Shown: piece after piece, positions 9,634-21,719 of the stretch
Layout of the letters: each line of letters starts with the position of its first letter
Position numbering within the stretch: the first letter of the stretch is position 1
From: Candidatus Gottesmanbacteria bacterium
GTDB lineage: Bacteria > Patescibacteriota > Microgenomatia > UBA10105 > UBA927
NCBI GenBank assembly: GCA_016218255.1
Contig: JACREN010000002.1
Coordinates: 4,029-68,028 of the forward strand
Direction: 5' to 3'
DNA: 64,000 bases
Made by a program: the position numbers and the translations under genes
Notes under the pieces: generated by a model
What the model was told of the DNA's origin: nothing
What the model saw: the letters and a program-made list of their open reading frames with translations, nothing else
The model's database searches: none

Positions 9634-11500
9634 TGCCTTCGTACAAATAAAGGGTTGGCTGTACCCGCGCAAGATCAGTTTCCCTAGCAGACCGAAAATG
9701 ATCCAATGCAGATGAGCAGTCTTTTAAAAACAGATCCGTAAGACCTGCATACGCATGCGCGTCACTTAGCTGGGTATCACCATCAGTATATATCGCCTTG
9801 GCAAAATACCGTTTGGCATCATCAAGCTTACCGATCCGAAGGAGCGTTTTGCCAAATTCCACCCCTGCACCCGCGTAGACATCCAGTACATCTGCAAGCA
9901 TAAGATGGCGGTAGCGTGCAAGAATACCTTTTTGAGGATCATGATACTGTTCCCACCGCACATTATTAACCGCAAGTACTGAATCCGTAGACGGCGCATC
10001 AGTGAGTCGCACCAGACGGTAAATTAATCCTTCCTGCACCCATGCTTCACCGGCTGAAACCGCCAGGGGATATACTGAAAATATCGGAAACCGGCTCCTG
10101 TTCATCGCGATAAAATCAGTCAAAAACGACTCGCCGGTTTTGGACGGAACGGATAATTTTGGAAAGACACGCGAAAGAACTACTGGATAATCTGCAGTCG
10201 CAAGTCTAGATGCGTGTATGACCATCACATCCGGACGCCGGCCCAATGCATACCGGACATATTGTACCGTAAAAAGCGGTGTATCCCGAGATACAAGCAG
10301 GATGCTGTCGGCATCCACACCCGCAAGAATATCATATGCCAAGGCATCAGCCGTTCTGTCATTTGTGACACCCTGGAACTTCCACATTGTCGCACCCATA
10401 ACCTTCATGGGATAAATAAGCATCAAAATCGCAAACACCCAAAATAACAATGTATTTCGCCGCACTAATTGTAAAGACTGCCAGTATCCCAATCCGATGA
10501 GCACGGAAAAAAGAACATACGAAGGAAGTAAAAACCGCTCATATGTACCCAAGGTAAACCTGTTCGCGAGCGGAAAACTCGCATAAAAGAAAAATACAGG
10601 CCCCAAGGAAATAAGGCCAATCACCAAAAACCAAAACAAGCCTCGCTTGTGGATCCAACACCATACAAAGCCCAATAAAAGAAGCAGTACCCCGACTGTG
10701 GTAAGGTCCAGGACGAGGAATTGCCCATAGGCTTTTAACTGTGTCATTCGCTGGGACAACAATGTGCCGAATGCATTACCGGATACAAACGTACCGTAAT
10801 CTGCGCGGGTGACCAACCGGACAAAGGAGGAGATATCCACAGGCCGATTCCAATTTATAATGGATGGCCCGTGGCCGGCTATCGGAAGATATACATATGG
10901 CAATAATCCGATCAACACATAAAAAGGCAAACGGAAAAACGTGTGCCGATCCAACAATTGCTTGTGAATATATATCCAATACAGCAATGCAGGAACAAAA
11001 AATAGTATGACGTGATGATGACTTAGTGATAATCCAAACACAAACAAAGCCCAATGAAAATATACGGGCTTTTTTGTTTCAGACCAATAAATAAACAGGG
11101 AAAAGAGCAACACAAGGAACAAATCAAAAAGTCCGAACACTTCGGGCGTGATGCTATAGAGAAAAAAAAGATAATTACCGGCGAGTACCAGCGCGGCAAA
11201 AAAACCGACAAAGGATTTTCCTGTAAACCGCGCCGCAAGCGCATACACGATAGTCACAGTTGCAGCGTGGGTGAGAGACGAAAGCAAGCCAACTCGCCAT
11301 GCCGGGGTAAACCAAGGCAACCAATTCAAAAACCAGCCCAACAACGTGTACAACGGATACCCAGGCGGGTGGGGTACGCCAAAGGTCGCAGCCGCCGTAA
11401 CCAAATCTCCGCTGTCGCCGCCAAAAATACCCTTTGTCTGAAACAAGAGAAACAAAAGAAAACTCGCGGCAAAAACAAAGAAGGAAAATCCGCGACCCAT
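9536..11500 (-). CDS. DUF2723/TMEM260-like GT-C glycosyltransferase with C-terminal TPR
   Basis: GDSGDL, HPPGYPLY, PEVF, HH and YLP motifs; ATG 11500 overlaps the pilin stop codon (TAATG). Confidence 0.82.
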   Translation of the reverse strand: MGRGFSFFVFAASFLLFLLFQTKGIFGGDSGDLVTAAATFGVPHPPGYPLYTLLGWFLNWLPWFTPAWRVGLLSSLTHAATVTIVYALAARFTGKSFVGFFAALVLAGNYLFFLYSITPEVFGLFDLFLVLLFSLFIYWSETKKPVYFHWALFVFGLSLSHHHVILFFVPALLYWIYIHKQLLDRHTFFRLPFYVLIGLLPYVYLPIAGHGPSIINWNRPVDISSFVRLVTRADYGTFVSGNAFGTLLSQRMTQLKAYGQFLVLDLTTVGVLLLLLGFVWCWIHKRGLFWFLVIGLISLGPVFFFYASFPLANRFTLGTYERFLLPSYVLFSVLIGLGYWQSLQLVRRNTLLFWVFAILMLIYPMKVMGATMWKFQGVTNDRTADALAYDILAGVDADSILLVSRDTPLFTVQYVRYALGRRPDVMVIHASRLATADYPVVLSRVFPKLSVPSKTGESFLTDFIAMNRSRFPIFSVYPLAVSAGEAWVQEGLIYRLVRLTDAPSTDSVLAVNNVRWEQYHDPQKGILARYRHLMLADVLDVYAGAGVEFGKTLLRIGKLDDAKRYFAKAIYTDGDTQLSDAHAYAGLTDLFLKDCSSALDHFRSARETDLARVQPTLYLYEGITMRDCVGDAGRAKHLLQEYEDLKKKEETPLR

Positions 11501-12009
11501 TACTGGACGCAGAAGTAGCAGTCGGTGCCGCCGGTAGAAGTCTGCGACTTGCACCCGCTGGAGACTACTGCTCCATCTGTGCTATACGTCGTGTTGGTAT
11601 CGATCTGAAAAGATTTGGACTCCGGCTTGAAACAGACTGCCATATGCTCGGGAGCAGTCGAGGTGACCAGGACTTTCGCCAAATTCCCTGTTCCTGCCAG
11701 ATCCATAAACCGATTTTTGAGTTCTCCGGCGTTGATAAGATCAGTAACGTAGCTGCCCATCGTATCGACCCCTGATGCCGTAAACGATGAGCTTGTTCCC
11801 CAAGGAAAATTTCCCTTGGTGGCATAATAGCGGAGATTCGCGTTATAAAATTCTGCCGTGGTATTTCTCAGTGATGTATCACGACCTTTTTTCAATTGCT
11901 CAAATGGATCAATCGTTGCCAATAGTCCTACTGCCAAGGCACCCAGTAACGCAATAACGATAAGAAGTTCAATGAGGGTGAATCCTTTTTTGAGGTGGGC
12001 AGTATTCAT
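11500..12009 (-). CDS. Type IV pilin (probable major pilin)
   Basis: KKG|FTLIELLIVIALLG, IDPFEQL and C-terminal Cys residues; directly downstream of pilC. Confidence 0.9.
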   Translation of the reverse strand: MNTAHLKKGFTLIELLIVIALLGALAVGLLATIDPFEQLKKGRDTSLRNTTAEFYNANLRYYATKGNFPWGTSSSFTASGVDTMGSYVTDLINAGELKNRFMDLAGTGNLAKVLVTSTAPEHMAVCFKPESKSFQIDTNTTYSTDGAVVSSGCKSQTSTGGTDCYFCVQ

Positions 12010-12054
12010 AGGTCTTCTTTAGGTGTAACACACACCAAAAACAATTGTCAAGCA

Positions 12055-13266
12055 CTACTTAAACTGACTGGTGAGATTGTAAATGGGCGTAATAACGGAT
12101 ATCACGATAAATCCTACACCGACGCCCAATACGACCATAATAAGCGGCTCAATGGCAGTGGTCAGACCCCTGACAAGGTGCTCAGATTCCGATTCAAAGT
12201 AACGGGATAGCTTGGTAAGCGTATCGTCCAGCTTCCCGGTTTCCTCTCCCACTTTCATCATCTGCGACACAATCGGAGGAAACACCTCATACTGGCCGAA
12301 CGTTTCACCAAGGGGAAATCCTTTTTCCACTTTCTTGGCAATTTCACTGATTGCCTCGCGGAATAAGACATTACCAAGCGAATCCCGTAAGATATTGAGT
12401 CCTTCCAGGATATGTATACCTGCGGTAATAAGCATTGCGAGCGTTCTGGTAAATTCCACCAGAATAATTTTTTTCTGGAGCTCCCCAAAAAGAGGAATGC
12501 GGAGAATGAGGCTGTCCACCAGGTGTTCGCCGACAGACGTTTTTTTCCACCTCATAAATCCGATAGTCCCGCCGACAGACACCAGGATAATAAGCCACCA
12601 AAAATTCACAAAAAATCCGGACAGGGTAATGAGTACCTGAGTAGATGCAGGGAGCGACATCCCGAAATCCTTATACAATTCCGTCAATTTCGGGACAACT
12701 ACGGTCATCATGACCATAACAACCGCCATCATACCGATGACAATGATAACCGGGTAGATCATAGCGCCGGATACTTTGCTCCGGAATTCCCGCTGCGCTT
12801 CCAGTGTCTCGGCAAGCCGCAAAAGCACCTTATCGAGGGTACCCGATGATTCACCCGCATGCACGAGCGCGATATAAATATTGGAAAAATTTGCCGGATA
12901 CTTTGCCAATGAGTCTGCCAAATTACCGCCGCCCACGATCTGGTGTTCCACGTCCAAAAGAATCCGCGCGAATGCCGGATTGGTCGTCTGCGTACGCAAA
13001 ATCGTCAGGGCATCCGGAAGCGAAAGCCCTGCCACAATCATTGTCGATAATTGACGGGTAAAATTGACGATATCACCGAATCCGACCTTTTTGAATTTTG
13101 CCAATAACGCAGACAGCGATAAGTGTTCCTTGGATTCCGTCAATTTAATAACAAAAAGCTGTTTGTCGCGCAATAATTTCGTCGCAACATCACTACCAGG
13201 AGCTTCAACAAGACCGGAAATCGTTTTCCCTGATGTGTCCCGCGCTTTATAGGAAAAAAATGCCAT
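12055..13266 (-). CDS. pilC: Type IV pilus platform protein PilC/GspF
   Basis: FTRQLSTM, GESSGTLD, AMIYP, GEETGKLD and IEP. Confidence 0.96.
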   Translation of the reverse strand: MAFFSYKARDTSGKTISGLVEAPGSDVATKLLRDKQLFVIKLTESKEHLSLSALLAKFKKVGFGDIVNFTRQLSTMIVAGLSLPDALTILRTQTTNPAFARILLDVEHQIVGGGNLADSLAKYPANFSNIYIALVHAGESSGTLDKVLLRLAETLEAQREFRSKVSGAMIYPVIIVIGMMAVVMVMMTVVVPKLTELYKDFGMSLPASTQVLITLSGFFVNFWWLIILVSVGGTIGFMRWKKTSVGEHLVDSLILRIPLFGELQKKIILVEFTRTLAMLITAGIHILEGLNILRDSLGNVLFREAISEIAKKVEKGFPLGETFGQYEVFPPIVSQMMKVGEETGKLDDTLTKLSRYFESESEHLVRGLTTAIEPLIMVVLGVGVGFIVISVITPIYNLTSQFK

Positions 13267-13271
13267 ACCGG

Positions 13272-14324
13272 TTAATATTTAAGTAATCTTCCCAGCTCTT
13301 CCGGCCGCACCGCATAGGCTGTCGCTGTTTCTGCACTGATTTTGCCTTCCTTTACCGCGCGGGCAAGCGATGTCTCAAGGGTCATCATGCCCAGCTCTGC
13401 CGATGTCTGGATGACGTTGTCTAAAAGATGTGTCTTGCCTTCCCGAATCGTGTTTCGTACTGCAGGAGTTCCAGTAAGGACTTCTGCCACTGCCACACGG
13501 CCTCCTGCCACTGCAGGAACCAGTCGCTGGGAAAAGACTCCTTCCAGAGCAAAAGAGAGCTGCAGCCGCACCTGGCCCTGCTGGTTCTCCGGAAATACGT
13601 CCACAATACGGTCAATCGTCTGCGCCGCAGAATTTGTGTGCAGCGTGGCAAAGACTAAGTGTCCGGTTTCTGCTACAGTGAGCGCCGCCTGAATCGTTTC
13701 AAAATCACGCATTTCTCCCACCAGCACCACATCCGGATCCTCCCGCAGGACGCTGCGAAGCGCTACCGTCCAGGAATGCGTATCCTGATGCATTTCGCGC
13801 TGGGAAATGATGGAGAATCCCGGCGGATACACATATTCAATCGGGTCTTCAATCGTGACAATATGCGTCGCCTTTGTCTGATTAATGCTTTGAATCATCG
13901 CAGCCAGTGTCGTGGATTTTCCGTGCCCGGTCGGTCCGGTAACTAACACCAGCCCCTGACGCAATCCGACGAACTGTTTGCAAATAGTAGGGAGCCCCAA
14001 CTCATCAATCGATCTGATTTTTGATGGGATGAGCCGAAAATCCGCAGCTACTGTGCCTTTTTGATAGTAAACATTCGCACGAAACCTGCCCACCTGGGTG
14101 GCCACGGAGTAGTCGATTTCTCTATTGGTCAAAAACAATTCCTTTTGCTGGGGAGTAAATGTGGCAAAAACAAGCTGCTCCACGTCGGAAGGGGTCAGTG
14201 CTCCCGTTCCACCGATCGGCCCAAGTTTTCCTGAGACCCGAAGCATGGGTGCAAACCCAACGAGCAAATGGAGGTCTGCCGCTTCCAACCTGGCTGTTTC
14301 CGTAAATAATTGTTGTATATCCAT
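13272..14324 (-). CDS. pilT: Pilus retraction ATPase PilT
   Basis: GPTGHGKSTT, TIEDPIE, LREDPDVVLVGEMRD, TGHLVFATLHT and AVRNTIRE. Confidence 0.96.
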   Translation of the reverse strand: MDIQQLFTETARLEAADLHLLVGFAPMLRVSGKLGPIGGTGALTPSDVEQLVFATFTPQQKELFLTNREIDYSVATQVGRFRANVYYQKGTVAADFRLIPSKIRSIDELGLPTICKQFVGLRQGLVLVTGPTGHGKSTTLAAMIQSINQTKATHIVTIEDPIEYVYPPGFSIISQREMHQDTHSWTVALRSVLREDPDVVLVGEMRDFETIQAALTVAETGHLVFATLHTNSAAQTIDRIVDVFPENQQGQVRLQLSFALEGVFSQRLVPAVAGGRVAVAEVLTGTPAVRNTIREGKTHLLDNVIQTSAELGMMTLETSLARAVKEGKISAETATAYAVRPEELGRLLKY

Positions 14325-14325
14325 A

Positions 14326-16047
14326 CTAGTCCTGTGCTACCCTTAGCACTTCTTCAAGCGTTGTCACGCCTTCGATCGCCTTCATGTAGCCGTCCTGCTT
14401 CATCGTTATCATACCGTCATTGATCGCCTGATCTTCTATAGTTTTCATCGGCGTGCGGGCCAATATCAGTTTACTGATTGCCTCAGTCACTGGGAATACC
14501 TCAAACACACCCAACCGCCCGAGATATCCAGATCCGCCGCAGGTACCGCATGGCTGGCCGTCCACCGTTCCTTTGCCCCGGTATAGCTTGATCGGTTTAT
14601 CTTTTTGAAGCAGATTTCCAAGAACCGACGCGATATCTGTTTTCACTGATTCCTCAGGATCATATTCTTCCCGGCACGTCCCGCACACGCGACGGGCGAT
14701 ACGTTGACCAATCACTGCATTGAGGGCAGATGCCACCAAAAACGGCTCAGCGCCCAAATCAAGCAACCGTGGCACCGCACCTGCCGCATTATTTGTGTGG
14801 AGCGTAGAGAAGACCAAGTGTCCAGTCAGAGCAGCCTGTATAGCTAAATCTGTCGTTTCATTATCGCGGATTTCTCCCACAAGAATGATATTCGGATCCT
14901 GCCGCAGAAATGAACGTAATCCCGTCGCAAACGTCAATCCTGCTGTCGGATTTATCTGCACCTGATTGACACCGGCGATTTCGTACTCGACCGGGTCTTC
15001 AAGCGTCATGATATTCACCCGCGATGTATTGAGCTTGGCAAGCACAGCATAGAGCGTCGTGGTTTTGCCGGACCCGGTAGGTCCGGTGACCAGAATAATG
15101 CCATGCGGCCGGAGTACATTTATTTCAAGATTCTTAAGCGCCGTCCCGCGGAGTCCCAACTCCGGAAGCGTCGGAATTCCACCGGATTTCTTCAGCAAAC
15201 GCATGACTATCTTTTCCCCATGGACTGTCGGCAGTGTGGATACACGGAGGTCCACCTCAGAATCACCCATTTTGAAATTAAACCGTCCGTCCTGAGGAAT
15301 ACGTTTCTCGTCAATTTTCATATCCGCCAAAATCTTTATGCGCGATACCACTGCTTCCCGTAATCCCCGGGGAAGCGCAAGTCTCTCCTGCAAAATACCG
15401 TCAACACGATACCGCACGCGGGTATCTCCAATCTGCGGCTCTATATGTACGTCTGATGCACGAAGCCTCATGGCTTGCTCTAAAATCGCGGAAACAATCT
15501 GAGCGATCGGCGCCTCCCGTATGACCTCGCCGAGTTTCCCTGCCTCGTATGTCTTGACCGAAAGCGGAGCAGTCTCAGCCAGCGCCGCAGACACATCCTC
15601 ACCCAAATTTTGGGTATAGACATCTTCAATCGCTGATACAATGTCTTCCTTTGTACCCATAAACGGCAAAACGTGCTTGGCTGACTTTTTTTCCAAAAAC
15701 TCAATCACCTGAAAATCCAATGGATCGAGCATCGCAACAGATAACTCGCCCTTCTTTTCATCAAATGAAAAGGGGACAAGCGTATAGCGCCTCGCGACTG
15801 CTTCGGGGATAAAATTAACAGCATTTGGAGCTATGGCTTTGCCGGCAAGTATCACGAAGGCAATACCCATGGCTTTCGCCCTGGCCGCAACCAGATCGTC
15901 TTCTGTCACCATGTGTTTACGAATTAGTAATTTATCGAGGGCCTCTCCGGAGCTTAAAGACTCCGAGTTAATGGCGTCCGCCTGTTCGCGGGTAAGATGT
16001 TTTTGTTCAACGAGAACACTTAATAAATCAGCACTTGAGGCAGGCAT
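14326..16047 (-). CDS. pilB: Pilus assembly ATPase PilB/GspE
   Basis: ASDVHIEP, GPTGSGKTTT, LRQDPNIILVGEIRD and a tetracysteine motif; start set at ATG 16047. Confidence 0.96.
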   Translation of the reverse strand: MPASSADLLSVLVEQKHLTREQADAINSESLSSGEALDKLLIRKHMVTEDDLVAARAKAMGIAFVILAGKAIAPNAVNFIPEAVARRYTLVPFSFDEKKGELSVAMLDPLDFQVIEFLEKKSAKHVLPFMGTKEDIVSAIEDVYTQNLGEDVSAALAETAPLSVKTYEAGKLGEVIREAPIAQIVSAILEQAMRLRASDVHIEPQIGDTRVRYRVDGILQERLALPRGLREAVVSRIKILADMKIDEKRIPQDGRFNFKMGDSEVDLRVSTLPTVHGEKIVMRLLKKSGGIPTLPELGLRGTALKNLEINVLRPHGIILVTGPTGSGKTTTLYAVLAKLNTSRVNIMTLEDPVEYEIAGVNQVQINPTAGLTFATGLRSFLRQDPNIILVGEIRDNETTDLAIQAALTGHLVFSTLHTNNAAGAVPRLLDLGAEPFLVASALNAVIGQRIARRVCGTCREEYDPEESVKTDIASVLGNLLQKDKPIKLYRGKGTVDGQPCGTCGGSGYLGRLGVFEVFPVTEAISKLILARTPMKTIEDQAINDGMITMKQDGYMKAIEGVTTLEEVLRVAQD

Positions 16048-16054
16048 ACAAACA

Positions 16055-16162
16055 AAATCAAAAGGCAAAAATCAAAATGCAAAACGACATATGTATTATT
16101 GCCGCTTTTCTACTATAATGCAAGGGATTTACTTTTGCATTTTACCTTTTAAATTTTTATTT
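16055..16162. repeat. Inverted pair of heptamer tandem arrays between divergent pilB and holB
   Basis: aaatcaa-aaggcaa-aaatcaa-aatgcaa-aa (16055-16084) faces 16133-16162, whose reverse complement reads aaataaa-aatttaa-aaggtaa-aatgcaa-aa. Confidence 0.75.
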
Positions 16163-16172
16163 TCTTTTTTGT

Positions 16173-16817
16173 ATGCATGCATATATTATCATCGGGGGGA
16201 CAAAGGATATACGCATGACGGAAATTCAGGAAAGGCTTAAAAAGGATCATATTTCTCCATTTGATATCATCGCCCTCAATTCTCCTGACGGAACGATTGG
16301 GATAGACCGAGTACGCGAATTTCAACACAATCTCATGTTTATTCCATATCACTCTAAACAAAAAATGGGGGTGATCTCAGACGCCGAAACATTAACCATT
16401 GAAGCACAAAATGCACTTCTGAAAACCCTGGAGGAGCCGCCTGCCCACACGATACTACTACTGGAAACAGCTAATCCCGACTTCCTCCTGCTCACCATTC
16501 TTTCCCGCTGCCAGATAATCCGTCTCAAGGGAAATCCGGATGTACCAACAATCGATGTTTGGTCGGCATTCGCAGGACCCATTGGTAAACGCATCCAGCT
16601 CGTGGACGAAATAGCAAAAACGCGGGACGAGGCAAAACAATGGGTCGAAAAGGCAATTTTTTCCGTCCGCCACGCCATGCTCCTTGAGCATTCCATACGT
16701 TATGCTGGGGTACTCCGCCGCCTTCTGGCTGCACGAAGCCATCTGGCAGCAAACGTCAACCCAAAACTGGTCATGGATGCCGTCGTTCTTTCCGAAGAAC
16801 ATGCCCCTGCGGACTGA
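16173..16817 (+). CDS. holB: DNA polymerase III delta' subunit (reduced)
   Basis: IGIDRVRE, EAQNALLKTLEEPP and TILSRC. Confidence 0.85.
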   Translation: MHAYIIIGGTKDIRMTEIQERLKKDHISPFDIIALNSPDGTIGIDRVREFQHNLMFIPYHSKQKMGVISDAETLTIEAQNALLKTLEEPPAHTILLLETANPDFLLLTILSRCQIIRLKGNPDVPTIDVWSAFAGPIGKRIQLVDEIAKTRDEAKQWVEKAIFSVRHAMLLEHSIRYAGVLRRLLAARSHLAANVNPKLVMDAVVLSEEHAPAD

Positions 16818-17385
16818 TTTGGTAAATCAAAATTTCCCCGGTTGCTATCTCAACGTCGGCAATTTTTTCATCGGATACGTTCTCTAAATGCTTCACGAGC
16901 GCACGCAGAGAATTACCATGCGCCACGATTAACACGTTTTTTTCGGATCTGATGTGCGCTTGAATCGTCGATTGATAATAAGGGATCACTCGATCGTGTA
17001 CGTCTTTGAGACTTTCTCCGCCGGCAATAGGGTAATCCCAACTTCTTCTGATTTTCAAAAACTCCGCTTCACCCACAGCTTTTTTCACTTCCCATTTGTT
17101 TTGCCCGGTGTATATACCATAATGCCGTTCATCCAATGAGCGGTGGCGAACTACCGGCATATCTTTCACCTTAAGCCTTTCCGCAATCACATCGAGCGTC
17201 TCGCGTGTCCGCACTAATGTGGAAGTAAAATAAATATGAAAGGAAATGTCCAGCAAGAGTCCAGCAGCAAGTTCGGCCTCCTGCCTGCCTTTTTGGGTTA
17301 AATGGACATCAGTCATTCCGGTCCAGAGCCCTCGTGCATTCCACTCAGACTCACCATGCCGGACAAGCACAAGATAACTATGCAT
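16771..17385 (-). CDS. gpmA: 2,3-bisphosphoglycerate-dependent phosphoglycerate mutase
   Basis: LVRHGESEWN, ERHYG, RRSWD, GESLKD and AHGNSLRA. Confidence 0.93.
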   Translation of the reverse strand: MHSYLVLVRHGESEWNARGLWTGMTDVHLTQKGRQEAELAAGLLLDISFHIYFTSTLVRTRETLDVIAERLKVKDMPVVRHRSLDERHYGIYTGQNKWEVKKAVGEAEFLKIRRSWDYPIAGGESLKDVHDRVIPYYQSTIQAHIRSEKNVLIVAHGNSLRALVKHLENVSDEKIADVEIATGEILIYQISPQGHVLRKERRHP

Positions 17386-18562
17386 GATTTTTGAGCGCTT
17401 CTATCGCAGGCAGAGTACCTTTTTCCATAAACTCGAGCATCGCACTCCCACCGGTGGATACGTGGTGAATTTTCCCAAGAAGAGTCTGATCATGAATAGT
17501 AGAAATCGTATCGCCGCCTCCGATGATAGTCGTAGCCCCGCTTTCGGCCAGCGACCGGAAGACTGACTGGGTGCCTGCCATAAACCGGTCGTCTTCGTAC
17601 ATGCCCATCGGCCCATTCCAAATTATGGTCTTTGCCTCTTTTGCATACCCGTCCAACTCACGGCACGCCACAGGCCCTATATCAAAAATTCCAAGTGCCT
17701 TCGGGACCGAGTGAAACGGCCTCACTGATGGCTTTGCCGTCCTTCCACTATTACTGACGACGACATCGTTGGGGAGAATAAGCCGAGCATGCACGCGTGT
17801 GGCTTTCCAGAGTACTGCCCTGGCCATCTCGATCATCTCATGATCGACTTTTGATACGCCTACGCTTATGCCCCAGGTGGCAAAAAAAGTATTCGCAACC
17901 GCGCCTCCCAGATAGATGGTATTGGCTACATCCAGAAGCCTGTCGATCACGCGGATCTTCTCCGGGGTCTTTCCTCCTCCAATGATCAATAGAAGCGGCC
18001 TCCCGGGAGCAGCAAGGGCACACCCGATCATTGCGACTTCCCGGCTAAATAAAAAACCGGCATACGAAGGCAAAAATCTGGTAATCCCGACGGTCGAAGC
18101 ATGTGTCCGATGCGCAGTACCAAATGCATCATTGACAAAGACATCTGCAAAGCCCGACAGATGTCTCCCAAACCACACATCATTACTCTCTTCGCCCGGA
18201 TAAAACCGGATATTTTCACAAAGAGCCACTGTTCCCGCAGACATTTTTTTGATGCGTGGCAACGCATCACTCGCCCAAAAACGGTCAACCAACACCACCT
18301 GTTTGCCCAACAATTCTCCCAGCCGACCCGCCACACACGAAAGACTCAACGCCGCATCCGGCTTGCCGTCTGGACGCCCCATATGAGATATAAGAACCGG
18401 CGTAGCTTTGTGCTCCAAAAGAAATTCAATAGTCGGCAGGGCTTCCCGTATCCGCTGGTCATTGGCAATGCGCTGATCAGCCGCCAACGAAACATTAAAA
18501 TCCACACGCACCAGTACGCGTTTCCCTGCTATTGCCTGTGGGGTCACCGTAGGTATGTTCAT
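17378..18562 (-). CDS. pgk: Phosphoglycerate kinase
   Basis: RVDFNV, SHMGRP, ENIRF, NDAFGTAHR, WNGPMG, GGGDT and STGG; ATG 18562 overlaps the gap stop codon. Confidence 0.95.
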   Translation of the reverse strand: MNIPTVTPQAIAGKRVLVRVDFNVSLAADQRIANDQRIREALPTIEFLLEHKATPVLISHMGRPDGKPDAALSLSCVAGRLGELLGKQVVLVDRFWASDALPRIKKMSAGTVALCENIRFYPGEESNDVWFGRHLSGFADVFVNDAFGTAHRTHASTVGITRFLPSYAGFLFSREVAMIGCALAAPGRPLLLIIGGGKTPEKIRVIDRLLDVANTIYLGGAVANTFFATWGISVGVSKVDHEMIEMARAVLWKATRVHARLILPNDVVVSNSGRTAKPSVRPFHSVPKALGIFDIGPVACRELDGYAKEAKTIIWNGPMGMYEDDRFMAGTQSVFRSLAESGATTIIGGGDTISTIHDQTLLGKIHHVSTGGSAMLEFMEKGTLPAIEALKNHA

Positions 18563-19560
18563 GTCTTCTTCATTATGTGAGCAGCCATATCTACTAAACG
18601 GTTCGCATACCCCCACTCATTGTCATACCAGGCCGATACATGCACAAGCGTTCCGTCCGCGACATCAGTAAGAGATGAATCAATCACAGAAGAAAACGGC
18701 GAGCCTATATAATCAGTCGATACGAGTTCCTCTTCTGCCACCGCCAACGCGTTTTTCAATCCGGATTTTGCTGCAAGAATAAACAGCCGGTTTACGCTAT
18801 CAACTGATGTCTTTTTCTTTACTTCCACCACAAGATCAATCATTGATACCGCAGGCACCGGCACCCGGACGGAACGGCAGGGGAGTCTACCTGCTAAATG
18901 AGGAAAAATCTTCGAAACGTCTTTCCCTGATCCGGACGCCGTTGGGATAAGATTAACCAGCGCAGATCTACGGAGGCGCAAGTTTTTTTTGTGCGAATTA
19001 TCCAATAGATTCTGTGAATCCGTCACTGCATGAATCGTGGTCATATTGCCGCGTATCACTCCCAGCGCATCATCCAGCACTTTCAACACAGTTGCCACAC
19101 AGTTGGTAGTACAGGAAGAATTGGAAATAATGGGCTCTCCGCTATATGACAAATGATTCACGCCCATGATATAGGTAGGTGTCGCGTCTTTGGCTGGGGC
19201 GGATATCACGACACGTTGCACACTTTCTCGTATATGCTTCCCGGCCAATTCCGTTGTACGGGATTTACCCGTACACTCAAGGACGATATCCACACGCTCC
19301 GCGCCCCAAGGAACGTTAGAAGCATCCGCTGCCTGAAAACACCGGATGCGGTGATTGCCGGAAACGAGTATATCCTCCTCCGCAAAGACAGACTCATGCC
19401 ACAGTCCATATACTGAATCATGACGAAGAAGATAAGCATGAGAAGCGACGTCTGAATTGCTATTAATAGCTGCGAGTGTGAGGTCAGAGCGCGACAGAAT
19501 GATCCGCGCCGCGCATCTACCGATTCTGCCAAACCCGTTGATTCCAATGCATACCCCCAT
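18559..19560 (-). CDS. gap: Glyceraldehyde-3-phosphate dehydrogenase (possibly NADP-preferring)
   Basis: GINGFGRIGR, SCTTNC and WYDNEWGY. Confidence 0.95.
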   Translation of the reverse strand: MGVCIGINGFGRIGRCAARIILSRSDLTLAAINSNSDVASHAYLLRHDSVYGLWHESVFAEEDILVSGNHRIRCFQAADASNVPWGAERVDIVLECTGKSRTTELAGKHIRESVQRVVISAPAKDATPTYIMGVNHLSYSGEPIISNSSCTTNCVATVLKVLDDALGVIRGNMTTIHAVTDSQNLLDNSHKKNLRLRRSALVNLIPTASGSGKDVSKIFPHLAGRLPCRSVRVPVPAVSMIDLVVEVKKKTSVDSVNRLFILAAKSGLKNALAVAEEELVSTDYIGSPFSSVIDSSLTDVADGTLVHVSAWYDNEWGYANRLVDMAAHIMKKT

Positions 19561-19633
19561 AGTGTGTATGGTATATAAATATAGTATGCTTCGTCAAACT
19601 CCGCTTGACACGATTCTGACAACATGACCGCCC

Positions 19634-19662
19634 TAGACAACTATTTTTTTATCATCTATAAT
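19634..19662 (+). promoter_or_regulatory. Sigma70-like promoter for gyrB
   Basis: TAGACA-N17-TATAAT. Confidence 0.6.
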
Positions 19663-19664
19663 GA

Positions 19665-21662
<1,998 letters not shown>

Positions 21663-21667
21663 TATTC

Positions 21668-21704
21668 TTCAAGCGATAGCGAGAAGTTCTCGCTTACGCT
21701 TGAA
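21668..21704. other. Strong intergenic hairpin between gyrB and ppa
   Basis: ttcaagcg-at-agcgaga-agt-tctcgct-ta-cgcttgaa; no U-tract; SD AAGGAGGT follows. Confidence 0.6.
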
Positions 21705-21719
21705 TGATAAGGAGGTTCT

